Source: Eledone cirrhosa
Taxonomy: Eukaryota
NCBI GenBank assembly: GCA_964016885.1
Contig: OZ024740.1
Location: 806,001 to 870,000, forward strand
DNA: 64,000 nucleotides
Direction of reading: 5' to 3'
Below the pieces are notes generated by a model. That model saw nothing but the letters and a program-made list of their open reading frames with translations. It did no database searches and was not told the origin of the DNA. Below are positions 26,895 through 42,900 of the stretch, piece after piece. Both the position numbers and the translations under genes were made by a program. Within the stretch, counting starts at the first letter, position 1; every line of letters begins with the position of its first letter.

Positions 26895-27500
26895 CGTGAG
26901 GCCGAGACTTGGAACCGGATCGAACTCAGCCCAGTGGACATTCCTTCTCCTTCTTCCCCTGTTGACGTCAAGTCCCTACAGAGTATTTGGGATGCCATCC
27001 AGTGCAATCTGGCCTCGGACAGACGAGCGCGCCAGCTCGGCAAGCACAGCCTCGCAGGTTTTTGCTCAGCTGCGCAACCCCACAGCGGTGCCTGGCTACA
27101 TGCCTTACCCTCCTTTTCTACTGACATGCAGCTGGACAATGATAGCCTGTGCATAAGTGTTTCCATGAGGCTCAGCCTCTGGATCTGTGAGTCACACAAA
27201 TGTTACTGCAGATCGACTGTAGACTCTTTCGGCCTCCACCTGTTGTCCTGTCACTACAGTGCTGGCAACCATCAAGTATCGGTCGCTCTCCGACAGGTTT
27301 ACAGTCAAGCCCCTAGCAGTGAAGACTTCCAGTGTCCTTGGTACTTGAGCTACCTCCCTACTCACCACCATAGGTGCTGAGCTGGCTAGCCACAAGTGTG
27401 TGCCTCGCAAGATGGAATCGCTCTTGCAATGCATCTCCCTCACCATTCTCCGAAATGCCTTCTCCCTTCTGTCTGCCGGGGTCGTGGGGCGGCCAGCAGG
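26895..27500 (+). mobile_element. Decayed 3' fragment of a CRE-like (restriction-like endonuclease) non-LTR retrotransposon
   Basis: Encodes AAQPHSGAWLHALP..L.LDN..L.ISV.MRL....C..HKCYC...VD.FG.HLLSC (zinc knuckle region). In another frame it encodes KYRSLSDRF.VKPLAVKT..V.G..*...IG.EL....LQCISLTILRNA (C-terminal RLE region). Confidence 0.72.
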
Positions 27501-27930
27501 TGTCACTCCATTTATTCATGATAGTGAGATATCGGGAGGGTGAGAGTGATGGAGGTGATGGGAGTGGGAGTGTGGCTCCTCTGTATTTGGACCTGGTGTA
27601 CATGTATGTGTTTGTTTCCATTCATTCGATATGACACATATTTTTTTAGTTATTGGATCAAATTTAGGGTAGATTAAGATGAATAGATTTCACTGCTCAC
27701 CACATATACACATAGTTCAAAATACTAGGAACTGCTTCAGTTATGCCTTTCTTATCTCAATCAAATTTTGCTTCTGCTCATAAGGCCTAGCACTTTTTCA
27801 ATCAATATTCACCCCCACCCCACCCCTCTCATTCATGAATTTCAGAATCTTGAATTCTGCTTTCACCACATCTGCCAGAGCCATAACTTTCCTATCTCAA
27901 ACGCATTTTTTTCTTGCATTTTGGCACTTG

Positions 27931-30900
27931 TTCCACTAATACTCACCACAGTTACTCATGTATCTACATGTACAAGTTATACTTCCACCAATACTTACCA
28001 CAGTTACTCATGTATCTACATCTACCAGTTATACTTCCACTAATACGCACCACATTTACTCATGTATCTACCTGTACCAGTTATACTTCCACCAATACTC
28101 ACCACAGTTACTCATGTATCTACCTCTACAAGTTCTACTTCCACCAATACTCACCACTGTTACTCATGTATCTACCTCTACCAGTTATACTTCCACCAAT
28201 ACTCACCACATTTACTCATGTATCTACCTCTACCATTTATACTTCCACCAATACTCACCAGCGTTACTCATGTATCTACCTGTACCAGTTCTACTTCCAC
28301 CAATACTCACCACAGTTACTCATGTATCTACCTCTACAAGTTATACTTCCACCAATACTCACCACAGTTACTCATGTATCTACCTGTACCAGTTATACTT
28401 CCTCCAATACTCACCACAGTTACTCATGTATCTATCTCTACCAATTATACTTCCACCAATACTCACCACAGTTACTCATGTATCTACCTCTACCAGTTCT
28501 ACTTCCACCAATACTCACCACAGTTACTCATGTATCTACCTCTACCAGTTCTACTTCCACCAATACTCACGACAGTTACTCATGTATATACCTGTACCAG
28601 GTATACTTCCACCAATACTTACCATGGTTACTCATGTATCTACCTCTACCAGTTATACTTCCAACAATACTTACCACAGTTACTCATGTATATACCTGTA
28701 CCAGTTATACTTCCACCAATACTTACCATGGTTACTCATGTATCTAACTCTACCAGTTCTACTTCCACCAATACTTACCACAGTTACTAATGTATCTACC
28801 TCTACCAGTTCTACTTCCACCAATACTCACCACAGTTACTCATGTATCTACCTCTACCAATTATACTTCCACCAATACTCACCACAGTTACTCATGTATC
28901 TACATCTACCAGTTCTACTTCCACCAATACTCACCACATTTACTCATGTATCTACCTCTACCATTTATACTTCCACCAATACTCACCAGCGTTACTCATG
29001 TATCTACCTGTACCAGTTCTACTTCCACCAATACTCACCACAGTTACTCATGTATCTACCTCTACAAGTAATACTTCCACCAATACTCACCACAGTTACT
29101 CATGTATCTACCTGTACCAGTTATACTTCCTCCAATACTCACCACAGTTACTCATGTATCTATCTCTACCAATTATACTTCCACCAATACTCACCACAGT
29201 TACTCATGTATCTACCTCTACCAGTTCTACTTCCACCAATACTCACCACAGTTACTCATGTATCTACCTCTACCAGTTCTACTTCCACCAATACTCACCA
29301 CAGTTACTCATGTATATACCTGTACCAGTTATACTTCCACCAATACTTACCATGGTTACTCATGTATTTACCTCTACCAGTTATACTTCCAACAATACTT
29401 ACCACAGTTACTCATGTATATACCTGTACCAGTTATACTTCCACCAATACTTACCATGGTTACTCATGTATCTAACTCTACCAGTTCTACTTCCACCAAT
29501 ACTTACCACAGTTACTAATGTATCTACCTCTACCAGTTCTACTTCCACCAATACTCACCACAGTTACTCATGTATCTAACTCTACCAGTTCTACTTCCAC
29601 CAATACTTACCACAGTTACTAATGTATCTATCTCTAACAATTATACTTCCACCAATACTCACCACAGTTACTCATGTATCTACCTCTACCAGTTCTACTT
29701 CCACCAATACTCACCACAGTTACTCATGTATCTACCTCTACCAGTTCTACTTCCACCAATACTCACCACAGTTACTCATGTATCTACCTGTACCAGTTAT
29801 ACTTCCACCGATCCTCACCACAGTTACTCATGTATCTACCTCTACCAGTTATATTTCCATCAGTACTCACCACAGTTACTCATGTATGTACCTTTACCAG
29901 TTATACTTCCACCAATACTCACCACAGTTACTCATGTATCTACATGTACCAGTTATACTTCCAGCAATACTCACCACAGTTACTCATGTATCTACTTCTA
30001 CCAGTTATACTTCCACCAATACTCACCACAGTTACTCATGTATCTACTTCTACCAGTTATACTTCCACCAATACTCACCACAGTTACTCATGTATCTACC
30101 TGTACCAGTTATACTTCCACCAATACTCACCACAGTTACTCATGTATCTACCTCTACCAGTTCTTCTTCTACTAATACTCACCACAGTTACTCATGTATC
30201 TACCTGTACCAGTTCTACTTCCACCAATACTCACCACAGTTACTCATGTATCTACCTCTACCAGTTCTACTTCCACCAATACTGACCACAGTTACTCATG
30301 TATATACCTCTGCCAGTTATACTTCCACCGATCCTCACCACAGTTACTCATGTATCTACCTCTACCAGTTATATTTCCATCAGTACTCACCACAGTTACT
30401 CTTGTATCTACCACTACCAGTTATAATTCCACCAATACTCACCACAGTTACTCATGTATCTACCTCTACCAGTTCTACTTCCACCAATACTCACCATTGT
30501 TACTCATGTATCTACCTCTACCAGTTCTACTTCCACCAATACTCACCATAGTTACTCATGTATCTACCTCTACCAGTTATACTCCCACCAATACTCACCA
30601 TTGTTACTCATGTATCTACCTCTACCAGTTCTACTTCCACCAATACTCACCACAGTTACTCATGTATCTACCTCTACCAGTTATACTTCCACCAATACTC
30701 ACCACCGTTACTCATGTATCTACCTCTACCAGTTCTACTTCTACCAATACTCAACACAGTTACTCATGTATGTACCTCTACCAGTTATACTTCCACCAAT
30801 ACTTACCACAGTTACTCATGGATCTACCTCTACCAGTTCTAGTTCCTCCAATACTTACCACAGTTACTCATGGATCTACTTCTACAAATTATACTTCCAC

Positions 30901-33900
30901 CATTACTCATCACTGTTACTCATGTATCTACCTGTAACAGTTCTACTTCCACCAATACTTACCACAGTTACTCATGTATGTACTTCTACTAGTTATACTT
31001 CCACCAATACTCACCACAGTTACTCTTGTATCTACCTGTACCAGTTATTCTTCCACAAATACTTACCACAGTTACTCATGTATCTACCTGTACCAGTTAT
31101 ACTTCCACCAATACTCACCACAGTTACTCATGTATCTACCTCTACGAGTTCTACTTCCACCAATTCTCACCACAGTAACACATGTATCTACCTGTACTAG
31201 TTATATTTCCACCAATACTCACCAGATTTACTCATGTCTCTACCTCTACCAGTTCTACTCCCACCAATACTCACCACTGTTACTCATGTATCTACCTCTA
31301 CCAGTTCTACTTCAAACAATACTCACCACAGTTACTCATGTATCTACCTCTACCAGTTCTACTTCCACCAATACTCACCACAGTTACTCATGTATCTACC
31401 TCTACCAGTTCTACTTCCACCAATACTCACCACAGTTACTCATGTATCTACCTCTACCAGTTATACTTCCACCAATACCCACCACAGTTACTCATGTATC
31501 TACCTGTACCAGTTCTACTTCCACCAATACTCACCACAATTACTCATGTATCTATCTCTACCAGTTATACTCGCACCAATACTCACCATTGTTACTCATG
31601 TTTCTAACTCTAGCAGTTCTGTTTCCACCAATACTCACCACAGATACTCATGTATATACCTGTACCAGTTCTACTTCCACCAATACTCACCACATTTACA
31701 CATGTATCTACCTCTCCCAGTTATACATCCACTCATACTCACCACAGTTACTCATGTATCTATCTCTACCATTTATACTTCCACCAATACTCTCCACAAT
31801 TACTCATGTATCTACCTCTACAAGTTATACTTCCACCAATACTCATCACAGTTACTCATGTATCTACCTCTACCAGTTCTACTTCCACCAATACTTACCA
31901 CAGTTACACATGTATATACCTCTACCAGTTATACTTCCACCAATACTCACCACAGTTACTCATGTACCTACATCTTCCCGTTCTACTTCCACCAATACTC
32001 ACCACAGACACTCTTGTATCTACCTCTAACAGTTATACTTCCACGAATACTCACCACATTTACAAATGTATCTACTTCCACCAATTCTCACCATTGTTAC
32101 TCATGTATCTACCTCTACCAGTTCTACTTCCACCAATACTCACCATAGTTACTCATGTATCTACCTCTACCAGTTATACTCCCACCAAAACTCACCATTG
32201 TTACTCATGGATCTACCTCTACCAGTTCTACTTCCACCAATACTCACCACAGTTACTCATGTATCTACCTCTACCAGTTATACTTCCACCAATACTCACC
32301 ACAGTTACTCATGTATCTACATCTACCAGTTCTACTTCTACCAATACTCAACACAGTTACTCATGAATGTACCTCTACCAGTTATACTTCCACCAATACT
32401 TACCACAGTTACTCATGTATCTACCTCTACCAGTTATACTTCCACCAATACTCACCACAGTTACTCATGTATCTACCTGTACCAGTTATACTTCCACCAA
32501 TACTGACCACATTTACACATGTATCTACTGCTATCAGTTATACTTCCACCAATACTCACCACAGTTACTCATGTATCTACCTCTACCAGTTCTACTTCCA
32601 CCAATACTCACCACAGTTACTCATGTATCTACCGCTACCAGTAATACTTCCACCAATACTCACCACAGTTACTCATGTATCTACCTCTACCAGTTATACT
32701 TCCACCAATACTCACCACAGTTACTCATGTATCTACCACTACCAGTTATACTTCCACCAATACTCACCACAGTTACTCATGTATCTACCTCTACCAGTTC
32801 TTCTTCTACTAATACTCACCACAGTTGCTCATGTATCTACCTCTACCAGTTCTACTTCCACCAATACTCACCACAGTTACTCATGTATCTACCTCTACCA
32901 GCTCTACTTCCACCAATACTTACCACAGTTACACATGTATATACCTCTATCAGTTATACTTCCACCAATACTCACCACAGTTACTCATGTACCTACATCT
33001 TCCCGTTCTACTTCCACCAATACTCACCACAGTTACTCATGTATCTACCTCTACCAGTTATACGTCCACCAATACTCACCACAATTACTCATGTATCTAC
33101 CTCTACCAATTATACTCCCACCAATACTCACCACAGTTACTCATGTATCTACCTCTACCAGTTATACGTCCCCCAATACTCACCACAATTACTCATGTAT
33201 CTACCTCTACCAGTTATACTTCCACCAATACTCACCACATTTACTCATGTATCTACTTCTACCAGTTATCCCTCCACCAATACTCACCACAGTTACTCAT
33301 GTATCTACCTCTACCAGTTATACGTCCACCAATACTTACGACAGTTACTCATGTATCTACCTCTACCAGTTATACTTCAACCAATACTCACCACAGTTAC
33401 TCATGTATCTACCTCTACCTGTTATACTTGCACCATATTCACCACAGTTACTCATGTATCTACCTCTACCAGTTATACTTGCACCAATACTCACCACAGT
33501 TACTCATGTATCTACTTCTCCCAGTTATACTTCCACCAATACTCACCACAGTTACTCATGTATCTACCTCTACCTGTTATACTTGCACCAATACTCACCA
33601 CAGTTACTTATGTATCTACCTGTACGAGTTATACTTCCACCAATACTCACCACAGTTACTCATGTATCTACCTCTACCAGTTATACTTCCACCAATACTC
33701 ACCACATTTACTCATGTATCTACCTCTACAAGTTATACGTCCACCAATACTCACCACAATTACTCATGCAACTAACTCTACCAGTTCTACTTCCACCAAT
33801 ATTTACCACAGTTACTCATGTATCTACCTCTACCAGTTATACTTCCACCAATACTCACCACAGTTACTCATGTATCTACCTCTAACAGTTCTACTTCTAC

Positions 33901-36900
33901 CAATACTCACCACAGTTACTCATGTATCTACCTCTACCAGTTATATTTCCACCAATACTCACCACTGTTACTCATGTATCTACCACTACCAGTTCTACCT
34001 CCACCAATACCCACCACATTTACTCATGTCTCTACCTCTACTAGTTCTACTTCTACCAATACTCACCACTGTTACTCATGTATCTACCTCTACCAGTTAT
34101 ACTTCCACCAATACTCATCACAGTTACACATGTATCTACCTCTATCAGTTATAATTCCACAAATACGCACCCCAGTTACTCATATATCTACCTCTACCAG
34201 TTATACTTCCACCAATACTCATCACAGTTACTCATGTTTCTACATCTACCAGTTATACTTCCACCAATATTCATAACAGTTACTCATGTATCTACCTCTA
34301 CCAGTTATACTCCCACCAATATTCACCACAGTTACTCATGTATCTACCTCTACCAGTTATACTTACACCAATACTCACCACAGTTACTCATGTATCTACA
34401 TCTACAAGTTATACTTCCACCAATACTCATCACAGTTACTCATGTATCTACATCTACCAGATCTACTTCCACCAATACTCACCACAGTTACTCATGTATC
34501 TACCTCTACCAGTTCTACTTCCATCAATATTCACAACAGTTACTCATGTATCTACTTCTACCAGTTATACTCCCACCAATACTCACCACAGTTACACATG
34601 TATCAACCTGTACCAGTTATACTTCCACCAATACTCACCACATTTACTCATGTATCTATCTCTACCAGTTATACTTCCACCAATACTCACTATATTTACT
34701 CATGTATCTACCTCTACCAGTTATACTTCCACCAATACTCACCAAAGTTACTCATGTATCTACCTGTACCAGTTATACTTCCACCAATACTCACCACAGT
34801 TACTCATGTATCTACCTCTACCAGTTATACTTCCACCAATACTCACCTCATTTACTCATGTATCTACCTCTACCAGTTATATTTCCACCAATACTCACCA
34901 CTGTTACACATGTATCTACCTGTATCAGTTATACTTCCACCAATACTCACCACATTTACTCATGTCTCTACCTCTACTAATTCTACTTCCACCAATACTC
35001 ACCACAGTTACTCATGTATCTACCTCTACCAGTTATAATTCCACCAATACTCACCACAGTTACTCATGTATCTACCTCTACCAGTTATACTTCCACCAAT
35101 ACTCACCACATTTACTCATGTATCTACCTCTACAAGTTATACGTCCACCAATACTCACCACAATTACTCATGCAACTAACTCTACCAGTTCTACTTCCAC
35201 CAATATTTACCACAGTTACTCATGTATCTACCTCTACCAGTTATACTTCCACCAATACTCACCACAGTTACTCATGTATCTACCTCTAACAGTTCTACTT
35301 CTACCAATACTCACCACAGTTACTCATGTATCTACCTCTACCAGTTATATTTCCACCAATACTCACCACTGTTACTCATGTATCTACCACTACCAGTTCT
35401 ACCTCCACCAATACCCACCACATTTACTCATGTCTCTACCTCTACTAGTTCTACTTCTACCAATACTCACCACTGTTACTCATGTATCTACCTCTACCAG
35501 TTATACTTCCACCAATACTCATCACAGTTACACATGTATCTACCTCTATCAGTTATAATTCCACAAATACGCACCCCAGTTACTCATGTATCTACCTCTA
35601 CCAGTTATACTTCCACCAATACTCATCACAGTTACTCATGTTTCTACATCTACCAGTTATACTTCCACCAATATTCATAACAGTTACTCATGTATCTACC
35701 TCTACCAGTTATACTCCCACCAATATTCACCACAGTTACTCATGTATCTACCTCTACCAGTTATACTTACACCAATACTCACCACAGTTACTCATGTATC
35801 TACATCTTCAAGTTATACTTCCACCAATACTCATCACAGTTACTCATGTATCTACATCTACCAGATCTACTTCCACCAATACTCACCACAGTTACTCATG
35901 TATCTACCTCTACCAGTTATACTTCCATCAATATTCACAACAGTTACTCATGTATCTACTTCTACCAGTTATACTCCCACCAATACTCACCACAGTTACA
36001 CATGTATCAATCTGTACCAGTTATACTTCCACCAATACTCACCACATTTACTCATGTATCTATCTCTACCAGTTATACTTCCACCAATACTCACTATATT
36101 TACTCATGTATCTACCTCTACCAGTTATACTTCCACCAATACTCACCAAAGTTACTCATGTATCTACCTGTACCAGTTATACTTCCACCAATACTCACCA
36201 CAGTTACTCATGTATCTACCTCTACCAGTTCTACTTTCACCAATACTCACCACATTTGCTCATGCAACTAACTCTACCAGTTCTACTTCCACCAATATTT
36301 ACCACAGTTACTCATGTATCTACCTCTACCAGTTATACTTCCACCAATTCTCACCACAGTTACTCATGTATCTACCTCTAACAGTTCTTCTTCTACCAAT
36401 ACTCACCACAGTTACTCATGTATCTACCTCTACCAGTTATATTTCCACCAATACTCACCACTGTTACTCATGTATCTACCACTACCAGTTCTACCTCCAC
36501 CAATACCCACCACATTTACTCGTCTCTACCTCTACTAGTTCTACTTCTACCAATACTCACCACTGTTACTCATGTATCTACCTCTACCAGTTATACTTCC
36601 ACCAATACTCATCACAGTTACACATGTATCTACCTCTATCAGTTATAATTCCACAAATACGCACCCCAGTTACTCATGTATCTACCTCTACCAGTTATAC
36701 TTCCACCAATACTCATCACAGTTACTCATGTTTCTACATCTACCAGTTATACTTCCACCAATATTCATAACAGTTACTCGTGTATCTACCTCTACCAGTT
36801 ATACTCCCACCAATATTCACAACAGTTACTCATGTATCTACTTCTACCAGTTATACTCCCACCAATACTCACCACAGTTACACATGTATCAACCTGTACC

Positions 36901-39900
36901 AGTTATACTTCCACCAATACTCACCACATTTACTCATGTATCTATCTCTACCAGTTATACTTCCACCAATACTCACTATATTTACTCATGTATCTACCGC
37001 TACCAGTTATACTTCCACCAATACTCACCAAAGTTACTCATGTATCTACCTGTACCAGTTATACTTCCACCAATACTCACCACAGTTACTCATGTATCTA
37101 CCTCTACCAGTTATACTTCCACCAATACTCACCTCATTTACTCATGTATCTACCTCTACCAGTTATATTTCCACCAATACTCACCACTGTTACACATGTA
37201 TCTACCTGTATCAGTTATACTTCCACCAATACTCACCACATTTACTCATGTCTCTACCTCTACTAATTCTACTTCCACCAATACTCACCACAGTTACTCA
37301 TTTATCTACCTCTACCAGTTATACTTCCATCAATATTCACAACAGTTACTCATGTATCTACTTCTACCAGTTATACTCCCACCAATACTCACCACAGTTA
37401 CACATGTATCAATCTGTACCAGTTATACTTCCACCAATACTCACCACATTTACTCATGTATCTATCTCTACCAGTTATACTTCCACCAATACTCACTATA
37501 TTTACTCATGTATCTACCTCTACCAGTTATACTTCCACCAATACTCACCAAAGTTACTCATGTATCTACCTGTACCAGTTATACTTCCACCAATACTCAC
37601 CACAGTTACTCATGTATCTACCTCTACCAGTTATACTTCCACCAATACTCACCTCATTTACTCATGTATCTACCTCTACCAGTTATATTTCCACCAATAC
37701 TCACCACTGTTACACATGTATCTACCTGTATCAGTTATACTTCCACCAATACTCACCACTGTTACACATGTATCTACCTGTACCAGTTATACTTCCACCA
37801 ATACTCACCACATTTACTCATGTATCTACCTCTACCAGTTATACTCCCACCAATACTCACCACTCTTACTCATGTATCTACCTCTACCAGTTCTACTTTC
37901 ACCAATACTCACCACATTTGCTCATGCAACTAACTCTACCAGTTCTATTTCCACCAATATTTACCACAGTTACTCATGTATCTACCTCTACCAGTTATAC
38001 TTCTACCAATACTCACCACAGTTACTCATGTATCTACCTCTAACAGTTCTTCTTCTACCAATACTCACCACAGTTACTCATGTATCTACCTCTACCAGTT
38101 ATATTTCCACCAATACTCACCACTGTTACTCATGTATCTACCACTACCAGTTCTACCTCCACCAATACCCACCACATTTACTCGTCTCTACCTCTACTAG
38201 TTCTACTTCTATCAATACTCACCACTGTTACTCATGTATCTACCTCTACCAGTTATACTTCCACCAATACTCATCACAGTTACACATGTATCTACCTCTA
38301 TCAGTTATAATTCCACAAATACGCACCCCAGTTACTCATGTATCTACCTCTACCAGTTATACTTCCACCAATACTCATCACAGTTACTCATGTTTCTACA
38401 TCTACCAGTTATACTTCCACCAATATTCATAACAGTTACTCGTGTATCTACCTCTACCAGTTATACTCCCACCAATATTCACAACAGTTACTCATGTATC
38501 TACTTCTACCAGTTATACTCCCACCAATACTCACCACAGTTACACATGTATCAACCTGTACCAGTTATACTTCCACCAATACTCACCACATTTACTCATG
38601 TATCTATCTCTACCAGTTATACTTCCACCAATACTCACTATATTTACTCATGTATCTACCGCTACCAGTTATACTTCCACCAATACTCACCAAAGTTACT
38701 CATGTATCTACCTGTACCAGTTATACTTCCACCAATACTCACCACAGTTACTCATGTATCTACCTCTACCAGTTATACTTCTACCAATACTCACCTCATT
38801 TACTCATGTATCTACCTCTACCAGTTATATTTCCACCAATACTCACCACTGTTACACATGTATCTACCTGTATCAGTTATACTTCCACCAATACTCACCA
38901 CATTTACTCATGTCTCTACCTCTACTAATTCTACTTCCACCAATACTCACCACAGTTACTCATGTATCTACCTCTACCTGTTATAATTCCACCAATACTC
39001 ACCACAGTTACTCATGTATCTACCTCTACCAGTTATACTTCCACCAATACTCACCACATTTACTCATGTATCTACCTCTACAAGTTATACGTCCACCAAT
39101 ACTCACCACAATTACTCATGCAACTAACTCTACCAGTTCTACTTCCACCAATATTTACCACAGTTACTCATGTATCTACCTCTACCAGTTATACTTCCAC
39201 CAATACTCACCACAGTTACTCATGTATCTACCTCTAACAGTTCTACTTCTACCAATACTCACCACAGTTACTCATGTATCTACCTCTACCAGTTATATTT
39301 CCACCAATACTCACCACTGTTACTCATGTATCTACCACTACCAGTTCTACCTCCACCAATACCCACCACATTTACTCATGTCTCTACCTCTACTAGTTCT
39401 ACTTCTACCAATACTCACCACTGTTACTCATGTATCTACCTCTACCAGTTATACTTCCACCAATACTCATCACAGTTACACATGTATCTACCTCTATCAG
39501 TTATAATTCCACAAATACGCACCCCAGTTACTCATGTATCTACCTCTACCAGTTATACTTCCACCAATACTCATCACAGTTACTCATGTTTCTACATCTA
39601 CCAGTTATACTTCCACCAATATTCATAACAGTTACTCATGTATCTACCTCTACCAGTTATACTCCCACCAATATTCACCACAGTTACTCATGTATCTACC
39701 TCTACCAGTTATACTTACACCAATACTCACCACAGTTACTCATGTATCTACATCTACAAGTTATACTTCCACCAATACTCATCACAGTTACTCATGTATC
39801 TACATCTACCAGATCTACTTCCACCAATACTCACCACAGTTACTCATGTATCTACCTCTACCAGTTATACTTCCATCAATATTCACAACAGTTACTCATG

Positions 39901-42900
39901 TATCTACTTCTACCAGTTATACTCCCACCAATACTCACCACAGTTACACATGTATCAATCTGTACCAGTTATACTTCCACCAATACTCACCACATTTACT
40001 CATGTATCTATCTCTACCAGTTATACTTCCACCAATACTCACTATATTTACTCATGTATCTACCTCTACCAGTTATACTTCCACCAATACTCACCAAAGT
40101 TACTCATGTATCTACCTGTACCAGTTATACTTCCACCAATACTCACCACAGTTACTCATGTATCTACCTCTACCAGTTATACTTCCACCAATACTCACCT
40201 CATTTACTCATGTATCTACCTCTACCAGTTATATTTCCACCAATACTCACCACTGTTACACATGTATCTACCTGTACCAGTTATACTTCCACCAATACTC
40301 AACACATTTACTCATGTATCTACCTCTACCAGTTATACTCCCACCAATACTCACCACTCTTACTCATGTATCTACCTCTACCAGTTCTACTTTCACCAAT
40401 ACTCACCACATTTGCTCATGCAACTAACTCTACCAGTTCTACTTCCACCAATATTTACCACAGTTACTCATGTATCTACCTCTACCAGTTATACTTCCAC
40501 CAATACTCACCACAGTTACTCATGTATCTACCTCTAGCAGTTCTTCTTCTACCAATACTCACCACAGTTACTCATGTATCTACCTCTACCAGTTATATTT
40601 CCACCAATACTCACCACTGTTACTCATGTATCTACCACTACCAGTTCTACCTCCACCAATACCCACCACATTTACTCGTCTCTACCTCTACTCGTTCTAC
40701 TTCTACCAATACTCACCACTGTTACTCATGTATCTACCTCTACCAGTTATACTTCCACCAATACTCATCACAGTTACACATGTATCTACCTCTATCAGTT
40801 ATAATTCCACAAATAGTCACCCCAGTTACTCATGTATCTACCTCTACCAGTTATACTTCCACCAATACTCATCACAGTTACTCATGTTTCTACATCTACC
40901 AGTTATACTTCCACCAATATTCATAACAGTTACTCGTGTATCTACCTCTACCAGTTATACTCCCACCAATATTCACCACAGTTACTCATGTATCTACTTC
41001 TACCAGTTATACTTACACCAATATTCACCACAGTTACTCATGTATCTACATCTACCAGTTATACTTCCACCAATATTCACCACAGTTACTCATGTATCTA
41101 CATCTACAAGTTATACTTCCACCAATACTCATCACAGTTACTCATGTATCTACATCTACCAGGTCTACTTCCACCAATACTCACCACAGTTACTCATGTA
41201 TCTACCTCTACCAGTTATACTTCCATCAATATTCACAACAGTTACTCATGTATCTACTTCTACCAGTTATACTCCCACCAATACTCACCACAGTTACACA
41301 TGTATCAACCTGTACCAGTTATACTTCCACCAATACTCACCACATTTACTCATGTATCTATCTCTACCAGTTATACTTCCACCAATACTCACTATATTTA
41401 CTCATGTATCTACCTCTACCAGTTATACTTCCACCAATACTCACCAAAGTTACTCATGTATCTACCTGTACCAGTTATACTTCCACCAATACTCACCACA
41501 GTTACTCATGTATCTACCTCTACCAGTTATACTTCCACCAATACTCACCTCATTTACTCATGTATCTACCTCTACCAGTTATATTTCCACCAATACTCAC
41601 CACTGTTACACATGTATCTACCTGTATCAGTTATACTTCCACCAATACTCACCACATTTACTCATGTCTCTACCTCTACTAATTCTACTTCCACCAATAC
41701 TCACCAAAGTTACTCATGTATCTACCTCTACCAGTTATATTTCCACCAATACTCACCACTGTTACTCATGTATCTACCACTACCAGTTCTACCTCCACCA
41801 ATACCCACCACATTTACTCACGTCTCTACCTCTACTAGTTCTACTTCTACCAATACTCACCACAGTTACTCATGTATCTACATCTACCAGTTATACTTCC
41901 ACCAATATTCACCACAGTTACCCATGTATCTACATCTACAAGTTATACTTCCACCAATACTCACCACAGTTACACATGTATCAACCTGTACCAGTTATAC
42001 TTCCACCAATACTCACCACATTTACTCATGTATCTACCTCTACCAGTTATACTTCCACCAATACTCACTATATTTACTCATGTATCTACCTCTACCAGTT
42101 ATACTTCCACCAATACTCACCAAAGTTACTCATGTATCTACCTGTACCAGTTATACTTCCACCAATACTCACCACATTTACTCATGTATCTACCTCTACC
42201 AGTTATACTTCCACCAATACTCACCTCATTTACTCATGTATCTACCTCTACCAGTTATATTTCCACCAATACTCACCACTGTTACTCATGTATCTACCTC
42301 TACCAGTTATACTTCCACCAATACTCATCACAGTTACACATGTATCTACCTCTATCAGTTATAATTCCACAAATACGCACCCCAGTTACTCATATATCTA
42401 CCTCTACCAGTTATACTTCCACCAATACTCATCACAGTTACTCATGTTTCTACATCTACCAGTTATACTTCCACCAATATTCATAACAGTTACTCATGTA
42501 TCTACCTCTACCAGTTATACTTCTACCAATACTCACCTCATTTACTCATGTATCTACCTCTACCAGTTATATTTCCACCAATACTCACCACTGTTACACA
42601 TGTATCTACCTGTATCAGTTATACTTCCACCAATACTCACCACATTTACTCATGTCTCTACCTCTACTAATTCTACTTCCACCAATACTCACCACAGTTA
42701 CTCATGTATCTACCTCTACCAGTTATAATTCCACCAATACTCACCACAGTTACTCATGTATCTACCTCTACCAGTTATACTTCCACCAATACTCACCACA
42801 TTTACTCATGTATCTACCTCTACAAGTTATACGTCCACCAATACTCACCACAATTACTCATGCAACTAACTCTACCAGTTCTACTTCCACCAATATTTAC

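Noticed and set aside
26548-27156. Ile/Thr-rich 202-aa ORF and overlapping poly-Met/Val and Ser/Pro ORFs
   Set aside because: Translations of the (CAT/CAC)n tract running into retroelement sequence.
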